NCBI RefSeq assembly: GCF_001194135.2
Contig: NC_068986.1
Span: forward strand, 114,580,563 to 114,644,562
Source: Octopus bimaculoides
Lineage: Eukaryota
Reading direction: 5' to 3'
Length of the DNA stretch: 64,000 bases
The stretch's first letter is position 1, and each line of letters begins with the position of its first letter. The notes below the pieces were generated by a model. It saw only the letters and a program-made list of their open reading frames with translations. It had not been told where the DNA came from and made no database searches. Of the stretch, positions 12,711 to 24,785 are shown piece by piece. The translations under genes were made by a program, and so were the position numbers.

Positions 12711-13171
12711 TATGTATGTGGTACCTCTCGGACTTTGCATTTTATTGTATGTTGCTGTTGTTGTTGTTGTTGAGCTCCAATGCAGTCCTGATCAAATATC
12801 CCTATGATCAAAGCTATTCCGACCGCGACCATCACTATCGTATTCGTGAATGTGCGTGTGTATCGGACATCACAGACCAATGTCTCCCTTTATTGTTGAT
12901 AACGAAAAGATTTGATTTGAGGATACTTGGCTGCTATTTCTATGTGGCCGAACGACCAAATAGAGGCATGCTCGTGGGTTATTGTTTCGGATGTTTTAGT
13001 GACACAGGCCGGAATCAGTTCAACAGTTCAGCCCCTAAACCAGTAAAACCTTTGCAGAAAATCTCCAATCATAATGTCATATTTTTACTTTCAAGACAAT
13101 CGTGCAGAGTTTCACAACATTCTTACTACAAAAGACTCCTCTAATCTAAATGAACATTCCCACGCACCTGA

Positions 13172-13239
<68 letters not shown>

Positions 13240-13434
13240 ATAATTACATAGATATATGTATGTTATATATACTGCATGTGCACAAGCGAAGTGATGTCAT
13301 TTACGTCCAAACCCATTACATTCAAGTATATGCACATATGTGCGTGTGTATGTTTGTGTGAGAGCGCGCGTGCATTTCACTTTGGAATATGTACATATAT
13401 AAATACATATATACCTAAACGTATATAGCAACAC

Positions 13435-13471
<37 letters not shown>

Positions 13472-13666
13472 NNNNNNNNNNNNNNNNNNNNNNNNNNNNN
13501 NNNNNNNNNNNNNNNNNNNNNNNNNNNNNNNNNNNNNNNNNNNNNNNNNNNNNNNNNNNNNNNNNNNNNNNNNNNNNNNNNNNNNNNNNNNNNNNNNNNN
13601 NNNNNNNNNNNNNNNNNNNNNNNNNNNNNNNNNNNNNNNNNNNNNNNNNNNNNNNNNNNNNNNNNN

Positions 13667-13730
<64 letters not shown>

Positions 13731-14259
13731 CGCTGAGGAAAAGACGATGAAAAATGGATACTATACCATCACAGCAGCTTCACTGCTTCACTACTCGTCT
13801 CTACCTATTTGTCTTTACATCTCTTTTTAGAGAGAGATCTCTTTCTCCGTCGTTCAGTCTCTATTTCTATCTATCAATTTATCTTCTTGTCTTTAATTGG
13901 CTGGCTTTCTCCTACATGTAGCACTCCCTTTATATTTCCTACTCAACATTCCCTAAAGAAACAAACACATTTGTCTAATTCGTAATATAAGTTTCTGAGA
14001 TACTCCATCAGGAGCAGCATGAAGAGCCACGAACCATCGAGGGAGCCTCTTCGCTGTCACTTGCACTGTTAGAAATAGCGGCTAAATTGCCCTCAAATTA
14101 CACAGTCTACCATCTTAAAACACACAAAAAAGATGAAAGGAAACGTCGTGTCATTAAATCACTGAAATACGGATAAGATAAAACGAACACGGCTCGCTAA
14201 AGATACCACAGGTTGTCATGCAAGTGACAAATTTTCAATTTTGTAAGCTCTTGATAGTT

Positions 14260-14520
14260 TACAGTATATCATTAATGCTCTACGAAATGCACTCAAGCTA
14301 CGGCCCAAACCTTAGAGCAATACAACATCCGCACTACGAAAAGTACCGTTTTACAAGAGCCAGAACATGCTTGCCTGCCCAAGTCCCACAAGACCTTTCT
14401 GCACCTGTCTATCAGTATTTGGAAAAAGATTCCAGAAACTGTGACAAGGATTATCTCAGTCGAAGAGATTAATACTTTTAAATATGGGGTGTATAAACAC
14501 TTTTTGCCTCTCACTGTCAG
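14260..14520 (+). pseudogene. L2/CR1-type LINE C-terminal relic
   Basis: YNIRTT...TFLHLSISIWKKIPETV...INTFKYGVYKHFL resembles the SF..R....WN.LP......FK..L C-terminus of these LINEs. Confidence 0.5.
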
Positions 14521-15254
14521 AAATGAGTGAAATAATGACTGGCACGTTGGAAATCTATAACGTACAAGGCTATTGTTCACAAGTGCTCGACATAAATCTG
14601 CCGTGAAATCCAGGATAGTCAGCTTCAGATATGTTTGCAAGTATTGATTAATGAATACAAATACATTACTCTACATCTGTATCGAGCGCTAATATGTTTT
14701 GGTATGTTTGATATTATTTATCAAGCATAATATGATGTAAATATTTGGGTATGTCTGCGTGTGTGTGTGATCATTAAATTCATAATTGATTAATTTAGTA
14801 ATTAATTATGGTGTTAATGATGTTCTCTGACTATCAGATGTGGTGTGTTTACATCCATAAATTGGCATTTCTTCCTGTATGTGAGCTTTTGAATGCATAT
14901 GGATATGTAAGTGAATGCACACAGATGTGGATGTATATGTGTGCGTACTTATGTGCATATATATACAAATATGTAACATTCATATAAAAGTTGTTATAAC
15001 TATTGTTGTTGGAGGGTAACGCATTGCATAATGTGTATTATTTATACATATATATTCCTATATATATATATATATACTTATTTATGTGTGAGAGGCATAT
15101 AAACGTGTGTTCATGGGTGTGTGTGTTTAGTAGTGGGTATCTGTAGTAAATACATGAGAGATAGATATTCAATTTCAAAGTTATTACTTGCAGCAAATAT
15201 ATTGAAAAAGACTTTATTGAATAAAATATATGTTCCTCTTTATCATTTAATAAA

Positions 15255-15273
15255 ACACACACACACACATACG

Positions 15274-15366
<93 letters not shown>
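15255..15366. repeat. (AC)n microsatellite, about 110 nt
   Basis: Directly visible. Confidence 0.97.
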
Positions 15367-15368
<2 letters not shown>

Positions 15369-15719
15369 GCACGCACAATTTATATATGCTCAGTTAAACA
15401 TTTCCACTCAGTATTCAACTAACTCAACTGCCAGCCAGTATTTCCACGAAATTCAGATTCAATCAAAGTACCACAGCTCAGCTATTAAATGACTGGCGGC
15501 ATCACGACGAAATTCAAACATAGCAGCTAATTAACTTTGATGTGTGTGCAAGAAGGCACGGACAAATATATCTATATATGTGTGTGTGTGTGAGTGTGTG
15601 TGTGTACATACTGAAAGAGAGAGTTGAAGACACATTTGAGAATATGTGTATGCATGCATATGTACGCTTATGTGTGAGTTTGTGAGTGTGTGTGTGTGTA
15701 TGTATATATGTATATATAT

Positions 15720-15893
15720 ATATGTGTGTGTGTGTCTGTGTGTGTGTCTGTGTGTGTGTGTGTGTCTGTGTGTGTGTGTGTGTCTGTGTGTGTGTGNNNN
15801 NNNNNNGTGTGTCTGTGTGTGTGTGTGTGTCTGTGTGTGTGTGTGTGTCTGTGTGTGTGTGTGTGTCTGTGTGTGTGTGTGTGTCTGTGTGTG
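15720..15893. repeat. (GT)n array punctuated by GTCT, with a gap
   Basis: Directly visible. Confidence 0.95.
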
Positions 15894-16537
15894 CATCCCA
15901 CTGCAAATAGTTTTTACGGTTTACAATTGATTAGTAATTAGGCAGGTAAGTTTTATTAGAGTGGGCCCTAAACTTCATAACATCATATTCATATATATTG
16001 TAAATAGAAGGATTGTTTTTTCCTTCTTTTTTTCACCTTTATCGACACCTGCTGCGAACAATCACGCGTTTGAGAAGGTGCAACAGCCACAGGCTCTTGA
16101 GACCCTCACCCGATTTTTTCCTTCTGACGAGATCTCAAAGAAAGAAATAAAGAACTTTTTGGTGGTTAGCGTTCCACCCCCGCCAAACATCCCAAATGCC
16201 ACGAGTTTAAAATTTTATTTTATCTACAATTGGTGATACTTCAGCGACCATCACAGACACAGTAGCCCATACCTTCCACCGTAGCGCTTAAAATGTATGT
16301 GGGTATATCGGAATCACTAAATGGGAACATATAAGTCATCTACTTTGTTGCCTCTTATCAAATTTGGAAATTGCTAGACCTCGCTTTGAAATAGCAATAT
16401 CTGAATATGTGGATACTGTGAGGAAGGCTACGGTCCAGGACACTTGTAAAATAGCACACACAAGTAAGTAGACTCTCATCAAAGAACACACAAAGATTCG
16501 GAGGAGAATTACGTGTAGGTGTATAGAATACAGGTAC

Positions 16538-16581
<44 letters not shown>

Positions 16582-16589
16582 TTTTTTTC

Positions 16590-16968
16590 TTTTATTTGTT
16601 TGTCATTTTAGTGCGGCCATGCTAGAGCACTGCCTTTAGTCGAACAAATCGACCCCAGGATTTATTCTTTGCAAGCCTAGTACTTATTCTATCGGTGTCT
16701 TTGGTCGAACCGCTAAGATATGGGGACGTAAACACATCAAAATCGGTTGTCAAGTGATGGTGGGAGACAAACACATGCAAACACACACACACATATGCAT
16801 ATATACGACGGGCTTCTTTCAGTTTCCGTCAACCAAATCCACTCACAAGGCTTTGTTCGGTCCGAGGCTATAGTAGAAAACACTTGCCCAAGGTACCACG
16901 CAGTGGTACTGAACCCGGAACCATGTGGTTGGTAAGCAAGCTACTTACCACACAGCCATTCCGGCACC
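16590..16968 (-). mobile_element. SINE family B, full length
   Basis: Collinear with 9091-9469. Confidence 0.9.
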
Positions 16969-17084
16969 TGTATATAACAATGGTTCTGTAGAGAACGTTT
17001 ACTCCTGTATTACTTCGTATGGAGTATATGGGTGATGGTTATTTAGGGTATGGTTAGGAATTGCCTGGGAACGTTGTACAGTTA

Positions 17085-17331
17085 GTTGGTGGATTTGGTA
17101 GACGGAGTGTATGTATGTGTGTGCGCGCGCATCTCTGTGTTTCTTCCGTGCCACTGCTTGACGATTAGTGTTGACATGTTTACGTCCCCGTAACTTAGTG
17201 GTTTGGTAAAAGAGAACAGATAGAACAACTACCAGACTTTACAAAAAAAAAATAAGTACTGGGGTCGATTCATTCGAGGCAGTGCTCCAGTATGGCCGAG
17301 GTCTAATGACTGAAACAAGTAAATGATAAAA

Positions 17332-17332
<1 letters not shown>
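17085..17332 (+). mobile_element. SINE family B, 3' two-thirds, inverted relative to 16590-16968
   Basis: gtggatttggtagacgg...tgtttacgtccccgtaacttag...aataagtactggggtcgat...aatgactgaaacaagtaaa. Confidence 0.85.
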
Positions 17333-17379
<47 letters not shown>

Positions 17380-17382
<3 letters not shown>

Positions 17383-18637
17383 GGGTTGGATAAAATAATG
17401 TAAACACCTTAAAATTTCAAACAAATTTATTTTAATACGGGGTAGGGCTACCTTTGGCAGTAATTACAGCTTAAATTTTACGAGGTATGGACTCGTACAA
17501 AGTTTGAATTGTTTTTAAACGAACTTTTGTCCATTCTTCAGCTAAAACAGTCTCCAGTTCTTGTAGTGATGATGGTTGAGGATATCGACTCCTTACTCGT
17601 TTTTCTAAAATGCGCCTTAAATGTTCAATAATATTGAGATCTAGGGACTGAGGTGGCCACATAAGATGTTCAACTTCACGAGAATGTTCCTTGTGCCATT
17701 CAGTAACAACTTTAGCTGTGTGAATTGGTGCATTATCATCCTGAAAGATTATGTTTCCCTCCGGAAACAGTTCTGCAACAATAGGATGAATTTGATCAGA
17801 CAAAATGCTTAAATAGTCTTGACAATTAATTTTGCCATGAATGAAAACCATTGGGCCGGCAGATTTCCAAGATATAGTCCCTAAGATCATCACAGATCTT
17901 CCTCCATGTTTGGAGGAAGGTAGTCTGGGCCAGATGCTTCTTTTGGCTGTCTCCACACGTATACTCAGCCTGTGGTCAGAAATAAAGTAAAAGATGACTC
18001 ATCCAAGAAAATAACATTCTTCCACTGCTCTAAGGACCAATTCTGTAGGTTTTTACTCCACCCTAAATGCTTTGCAACGTTTGTTTTTGAAAGTAGTGTT
18101 TTTTCTTATTGCAGTCCTCCCGTGAAATCTGGGCTTGTGCAGCTCCCGGCGAACAGTTTTTGTGGAAACTGGGTTCTCGAGGTGGTCATTAAGCTCTGCA
18201 GTAATTTTGGGAGCTGTACTTTTATGATCCTTTCTAACTAATCGTGTAAGAATCTCACGGTCCCTATCTGAAAGTTTTGGTTTTCATCTGGAGTTTTGTT
18301 TTGGCGAGGAGGCTTTCTCAAAGGCTGTCATTACTTTCGAGACAGTACTTCTTGATACACCAAACAGTTCAGCTGTTTTTGTTACGCTAGCGCTTGTCAT
18401 ACGAGCACCAGCAATTTGACCTCTTTGAAAGTCCGATAGATCTGTCATTTTAATAAATTTAAATTACCTTTTTCTGATGATATCTGAAAAGAAACATCAA
18501 TTTTAGCAAAACATATTAAGCAATACTAATAATAGATAAAAAAAAACATTAAAAAAAAAACTTTTGACGGTTTTATAGATATTTCAAAATTATGATGCTA
18601 TGATGCTAGGTGTTTCCATTATTTTGTCCAAACCCTG
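17380..18637 (-). mobile_element. Tc1-family DNA transposon, essentially full length (1258 nt), defective
   Basis: 30-nt TIRs caggggttggataaaataatgtaaacacct and aggtgtttccattattttgtccaaaccctg (27/30 match), TA on both sides. Confidence 0.95.
17432..18448 (-). pseudogene. Tc1 transposase pseudogene (paired-like HTH plus DDE)
   Basis: MTDLSDFQRGQIAGAR...GVSRSTVSKV...VSTKTVRRELH...FQDDNAPIH...WPPQSLDLNIIEHL...AKGSPTPY*; premature stops (TGA 18286-18284, TAA 17473-17471) and frameshifts. Confidence 0.92.
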
Positions 18638-19676
18638 TATATATATATATAAGCATATTTGTGTGTATTTGTAAGTATATATATGTGTGTGTGTATTTAT
18701 GTATTGTCTTTTTCAAGCCAAAAAGGCTTACATTAGTTACTCTAACGCTCGAGCTTCGTGTATAAACTTGTGACATATGTTATGCATGAAACTCGCATAA
18801 CAGAATAATTGCAGTGGTGTTTTCAGCTTCGAGAATTACATATATATGGTTTTACAATATGTAAAGCATGTAAAACAGTGTATATATAATTTTTATTAGC
18901 TGAGAATACTACAGAAATTACTGAAGGGACTGGTGTTTCGAACCACTTAACAAAACTATATAAGTAGGAGAAAAGGAAGTAGAAAAACACATGGTATTAT
19001 TAGCTATTTTTGGTGAAAGAACATCGATAGAGAAAACGGCTTTCAATCTGGTAAGAAAATATTTTCTTCTTCGACTTAAGTACTGAAATATCTTCAGGAC
19101 CAATTCGCTAAAATAAGCTACTTTACGCTTTCAAACTCCACCAACAAATCCATAAAATAATAAAACACCATGAAACAGTTAATAGTGCACAGAAATGTAA
19201 CTATCACTCTCCAAGTTTATTCTCACTCCATAGAGTCTGCCTGAAAGAATCTGTTTTTGCAACTTCTTAAAACATTCTAATGAAAAATGGATACAAGACT
19301 TGTATCACACATATGTAATTCTTGATAAACAATAATATATCCAATTCTATTACGGGAAAACGTTTAGGTAAAAAAAAATATCTATGTATACGCAATCAAA
19401 TACATTTTGCAACTTTTGTACCATAGAAATGCTATTCATCTGAAATAATTGTACCAAATTACTTAATTGCTTCACAAAATTAATTTCTTCAGACTCATAC
19501 ATGCAAAGGTACCTACAAAGAAAATTAGAGGCATTTCGATGGGGATAAAATAGGATGTTAATATCATATCTGAGTAGACAAGTAATCATAGTGACCTCCA
19601 TTTTTCTATAAACATATCGCGATTGAAAGTTTATGGATACAGTCCATACACAGAATATAAGGCACTTATAACAATA

Positions 19677-19718
<42 letters not shown>

Positions 19719-20029
19719 CAACAGATATTTAATGATTTAATTAAATAGTTTAATTAATTACGATAAAATTAAGATGCATGTATATATATATTCAAATGTT
19801 CAGACCAACACACGCAGAGAAACGAACGCGCAGACAGAATATCAACTCAAGCATAACAACTAATCGAATCTTTCATTTCAAGCATATCAATAGAAAGTAT
19901 AATCTCCATTCTGATTTTCATAAACAACAAAGGTGGATCTACCTGAAGAAACATCATTTGGTGAAACTAGTGGTTAGTAGTAATGATATAAACTGAAGAA
20001 ATCTCCAGTTGGTTATATGTGTGCGCGTG

Positions 20030-20092
<63 letters not shown>

Positions 20093-20774
20093 GCACGCAC
20101 GCATCCACCCACCCACATGTTGTTGTCTTATTGGTCGTTCGTTATTTGTTACCATTACAAATAGGAGAAGCATCCCGCCAGAAGTTAATTTTCATAAGTG
20201 AAGCCAATTTTGGTTCCCTAGAATAAATTACAATCATGTGATCTTTATGTGCTATTTAACTTCATTTTCTTTCTTTTCTTTTTCTTTTTCCGTTTGAACT
20301 ACAAAGTCCTCCATGCTCGTATACAGGTATTTCGATTTATTTGAATCTCATCAGTTCTCGGCAATTCAGGATTTCCTACTTATACTATATTCCTTCACGA
20401 AAAGAGGGAGAGGGGGGAGGAAATATTTTAGCAAAGAGAAAGGTAGGGAAGATAAAGGCATTTCACTAAGAGGTTGTTCTGTTGCTTTCTTCTGTCATAG
20501 TTCGTTAATTGTGTAGAAGGAAAGCGAGAGATAGAAGTATATACAGTTATCTTCGAAGCTGGAGGCTTTTGAGTAATTATGGAAGTGTTTTGATCTTCAA
20601 AAGTAAAACAAAATTTTATATATATATGCATTTATGTTTATGTGTGAATTGTCGGTATGCTAATTAAAAATGTAATACCTGAGTGCGTATGAATGCATGT
20701 GTGTGTGTGTGTGTGTGTGTAGATGTTAGATATATATTTTAAAATACGTATATCTGTGCTTTTACACACATACA

Positions 20775-20805
<31 letters not shown>

Positions 20806-21906
20806 TTATATATATACATCAATCTGCATGAATTTATAATTGTGATAACCCCACTGCCAAGTATATATTTTAAATAGTTAGTGCTAATAATTTATAAGCA
20901 CGAATATGTTTCAATTCACTATGTAAGGTCATTTATATATTCAAAATCATATATATAAGCACACACACACATACACACTTTAGGGTGTACAATGACTTTG
21001 AATTGTGAGCTGAAATATCAGATTATAGTTTTGCAGTTTGTTTTTACCAGTGACCTGTACAGTAACAAGGTTGTAAAGGTTTTGTACTTTTTGTCATCTT
21101 TTACGCAGTCATTAACCCTTTAAATTGTAAGAAGGTTGGTTTATGCTTGTTATGTATGTATGTATGTATGTAGGTAGGTAGGTAGGTAGGTAGATCAAGG
21201 TACGATTAAGGTCATCTGAAAGCCTAATCAAACCGCAACAAAGGAACTCCGCGACATTTCTGGAAGGAGATCAGGAGGAAGGTAATTTTTAGTGTGATGG
21301 TCAGTCTTATATTTCTCTTAGGTTGTTCACAATGTGAGATAGGTTGCGTGTGTGGACAATGACTACACTAAAGTGGCGGCGTGTGTGGACAATGACTACA
21401 CTAAAGGTTGAATTTTCAAGTATTTTATTAACCTGCATTGTTGTATTTACAAATAGACATTCAATAAATACACGGAACAATGTTTATTGAACATAATAGT
21501 CAGGAATCTTCTGTATTATAACACGCTGGGCAATATTATGAAAGTAGTCCAAGGAATTTAACTCACTGTATTATAACTGATGTTCGTTAATGGACATCAC
21601 AAATTAAGGTGGATACCTTTTATTGAATACGACATAAGTATGTTACATAAAGAAAGTGACAGAGGGAGAGAGGACAATTCACTAAGACAAGTGACATAAA
21701 GTCCTCTGGATGGTTAGTGGCTCTCTGGTTAGGTTGAATTTCAGTCTTTTTATGGCTGTGAGAACTATCCTTCTAGAATCTTCAACCAAACTAGCGCGAA
21801 ACCTTACGTACCTCCTTTGAAGTTTGCCGCCTCTTCAATAATATAACAGCTATATTCTTGTAGGCGTTAATAGCTTCTTTGGTGACATTTTTTTCTGTTA
21901 TGGGAG

Positions 21907-22125
21907 TACAGTAATCGTGAGTGTAGCGTTCCATAACCCCGCCGCGACAGCTGAAAATCCGCGAAGTAGAAACAGAACTGTACTGTATATTCTTTTTATT
22001 ATTATTATTAAAATTTGTTTGTATTTATTTTATTATAAATGCAAAACAACACCACGGAGGAATCGACATAAGCTTAAATAATAAACCGCGATAGGTGAAC
22101 CGCGATATGGCGAGGGATTACTGTA
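21907..22125. mobile_element. Tigger-type MITE, about 220 nt
   Basis: TACAGTAATC at 21907-21916 and its reverse complement GATTACTGTA at 22116-22125; right end cgcgatatggcgagggattactgta is Tigger-like. Confidence 0.65.
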
Positions 22126-23799
22126 TATTTAATTTGTGGTTCTAGACTTGGAAAATTTGAGAGCTATAGTTCAAGTCTCAGTGGTGGTCTCGCTACAGTA
22201 GTCACCTTACAAGGCTTCCGAGATTAGTGTCCGAGAGTGTGAGGAAAGTGGTATCTTGGCCCAAAAGCTTGCAAGAGTGTGCTCCACTAACCTCATGTAA
22301 GGTGCCAGGTGATAGTGTTAGACCAGGCAACTGATTAAGTCTTTCATTCAGGTACGCCATGCCCTGAATTAAACATAGAACGCAAAAAGTAGGGACAAAT
22401 ACTACAAGGCATCCGGTTCCACCCTCCTACGGTTCAGCCAATCTATCGCTCTGAATTGATAGTTTTCTTATCGACCCCGAAAGAATGAAAAGGAATTAAA
22501 TGTTTAGTTTATTCCAGAGTACTTACTTTTGAACCAGGCCCCACAACCGTTTTAAATATAAACTTGTTTATTACAACGCTAAGCAATCATTTTTCAAGAG
22601 TTTTCAATTCATTTTTGAAATAACTGTTGTAATTTATCAGTTGCATTGAATAAAATTCCTTAGTCCTACTCTCCTTCCCTTGGTGACCTAAGCACGTGCT
22701 TATATTATTTAATGGTTAATCAAGGTCTGATGTAACTATGTATGTATTTTCGAAATATCTGCATATACTCATGGATACATATACTGCTATTACAATTATT
22801 TGCTTCTAATGTCTATCAGGTGTATGTGTATGCGTCTAACATATGTGTATATATATCACAAACAGATAGACATATACGCATACACACACATATACATACA
22901 AGTGTGTGTGTGTGTGTGCGTGTATGTATAAACTTATTCGTGTATATGTGGGTGTTCGTAAATATTTGTATACGTAAACACACACACATACACTCACATA
23001 TATATATATTTGAAACTTAGTGCATACATATATGTATATTCACTCATCTATATGTACATATTAATATTCGTAGATCCTGTAGATAGCTCTTCTTTTCTTT
23101 CTCCGTTACTTCTATCTCACTGTATGTGTGTTTGCATGTATATATCTCTACATGTTTGTATACCTATATCTTTCCATCTAGCCTTACAATTTTAGTTTCT
23201 CCCATGCTTTGTACACTTCATGTGCGCCTGCGTGCATGCGTGCGTGCGTGCATGCGTTCGTGTGTGTGTGTGTGTGTGTACGCTTCCAAAGATATTCATT
23301 TCCAATCCTTTAAATCTAACCTGAAAGAATATCCCTCCTCCTCCTCCTCCTTATTCCCCCTCTATCTTTTCTTTCCTTCGCACTCGACCCAGATCTACTG
23401 ACCTCATCTCTTTTCTATTACCCTCCTACCATTATACCTAACGTACTTTCCTCTCCACCACCCAGCCATTTTTCACCCCCACCAAATCCTCATTTTTTAC
23501 TATTTTGGTTTCTTTTAAATATCTAGCGCACCAAAAACAAAAACTTTACTTAAAGTGGAGCGGCCTGTGTGCATGTGTGCGTATTCATATATATATATCC
23601 TGTGATTGTATCTGTGTGTCTGTGTGTATACAAATGGTAATTAGACACATATGGACTGTATATTGTACAATTAAATTCGATGAAACGAGGTTTTTATTCA
23701 CTGAAAATGCACAAGTGATTAAATTAGTCTATCTATTCGTACATTAGACACGCATGCACACACACATATTCATTACACACGCACACACAGGCACAAATA

Positions 23800-24545
23800 A
23801 TATGAACCTTAAAATTACGATTAATACTAACCTGAAAATGCTGCAGTGAACCTTAAAATACGGAAAATTCCCTTCATACATAAAACCAAATGATTGATTA
23901 TTTTATGTAAACTACAGTTACAAATTACCTTTAAAAAATTTTCAGATAATCGGAGGTAGTGGTTTCCGTCAATCTCCTATAATGAAATATCAGTCAATAG
24001 TGTAGCGACTACATACAACAATCTGTTGGTATATAGTGGTTTAAAAGAATCTGTTAAATATCATAGAATTACATAAATGAGTAGTAAGGAGAGGAAGAGA
24101 AAAACTGTATGTTATAACCCTCTATGTTCGATAAACATAAACTCGTCAATAGGACAATCATTTCACAATCTGATAAAGTAAAACTTTCCTCTTTGATATA
24201 ATGACAGAAAAATATACTTCTCTACATTTATGAGCCGCCTATAAATATTGTAAAATTAATGAATTTTTTTTAAAAATGCGATGGAGAATATAAACAAGAA
24301 ATCACAGTTAATATACAAGTCTACAGAAATTGGAGGAATCTGTTAGATATGCAGCCAGTGTTTACTGAAATGCTATTAATTATATAGGTATGACCACAAA
24401 TCAATTCAAGAGCCGACTTCAACAGCATAGTTATAGATTCAGAGCATTCTAAAGAAGACTAGATTAAAAATATACATCATATCTATATTTTTGAAAAATA
24501 ATAGCATTGTGATACTTGTTAGGCTTCCAATTCGCATTCAGTCTG
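23800..24545 (+). pseudogene. Penelope-like element relic, C-terminal half (RT thumb, linker, GIY-YIG endonuclease)
   Basis: SYIKPND*LFYVN; SISYNEI...YSGLKESVKY; RKRKTVCYNPLCSININSSIGQSFHNLIK*NFP; LIYKST...YIGMTTNQFKSRLQQH; CDTC. Confidence 0.8.
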
Positions 24546-24785
24546 GTATCACATTAGCCATTGAAAATGCGGTGGATCAGTGTTAGTTCCGTTGGAACAT
24601 GTAACTAATGACGCTATTGTTCACCAAGCTATAGAAAATAGACATACGTACATACAAACCTATACACAAATATATACTAATTTACACAGACATAACCGCA
24701 ACAGTAGACTGTAAAATATATTTTCACCCACCCCTAGATACCTCTAACATTCCTCGTCAGATACAAGGGAAACAGTCAAATCATT

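Noticed and set aside
10563-13726. Many long ORFs rich in IY, CV, TH, SL or X (also 3605-4108, 15038-15941, 46616-46863, 59940-60544, 62029-62547)
   Set aside because: Translations of dinucleotide microsatellites and N-gaps
14770-14820. TAAT/ATTA-dense clusters as homeodomain enhancers (also 19730-19770, 26335-26360)
   Set aside because: Indistinguishable from AT-rich background or repeat-derived sequence without conservation data
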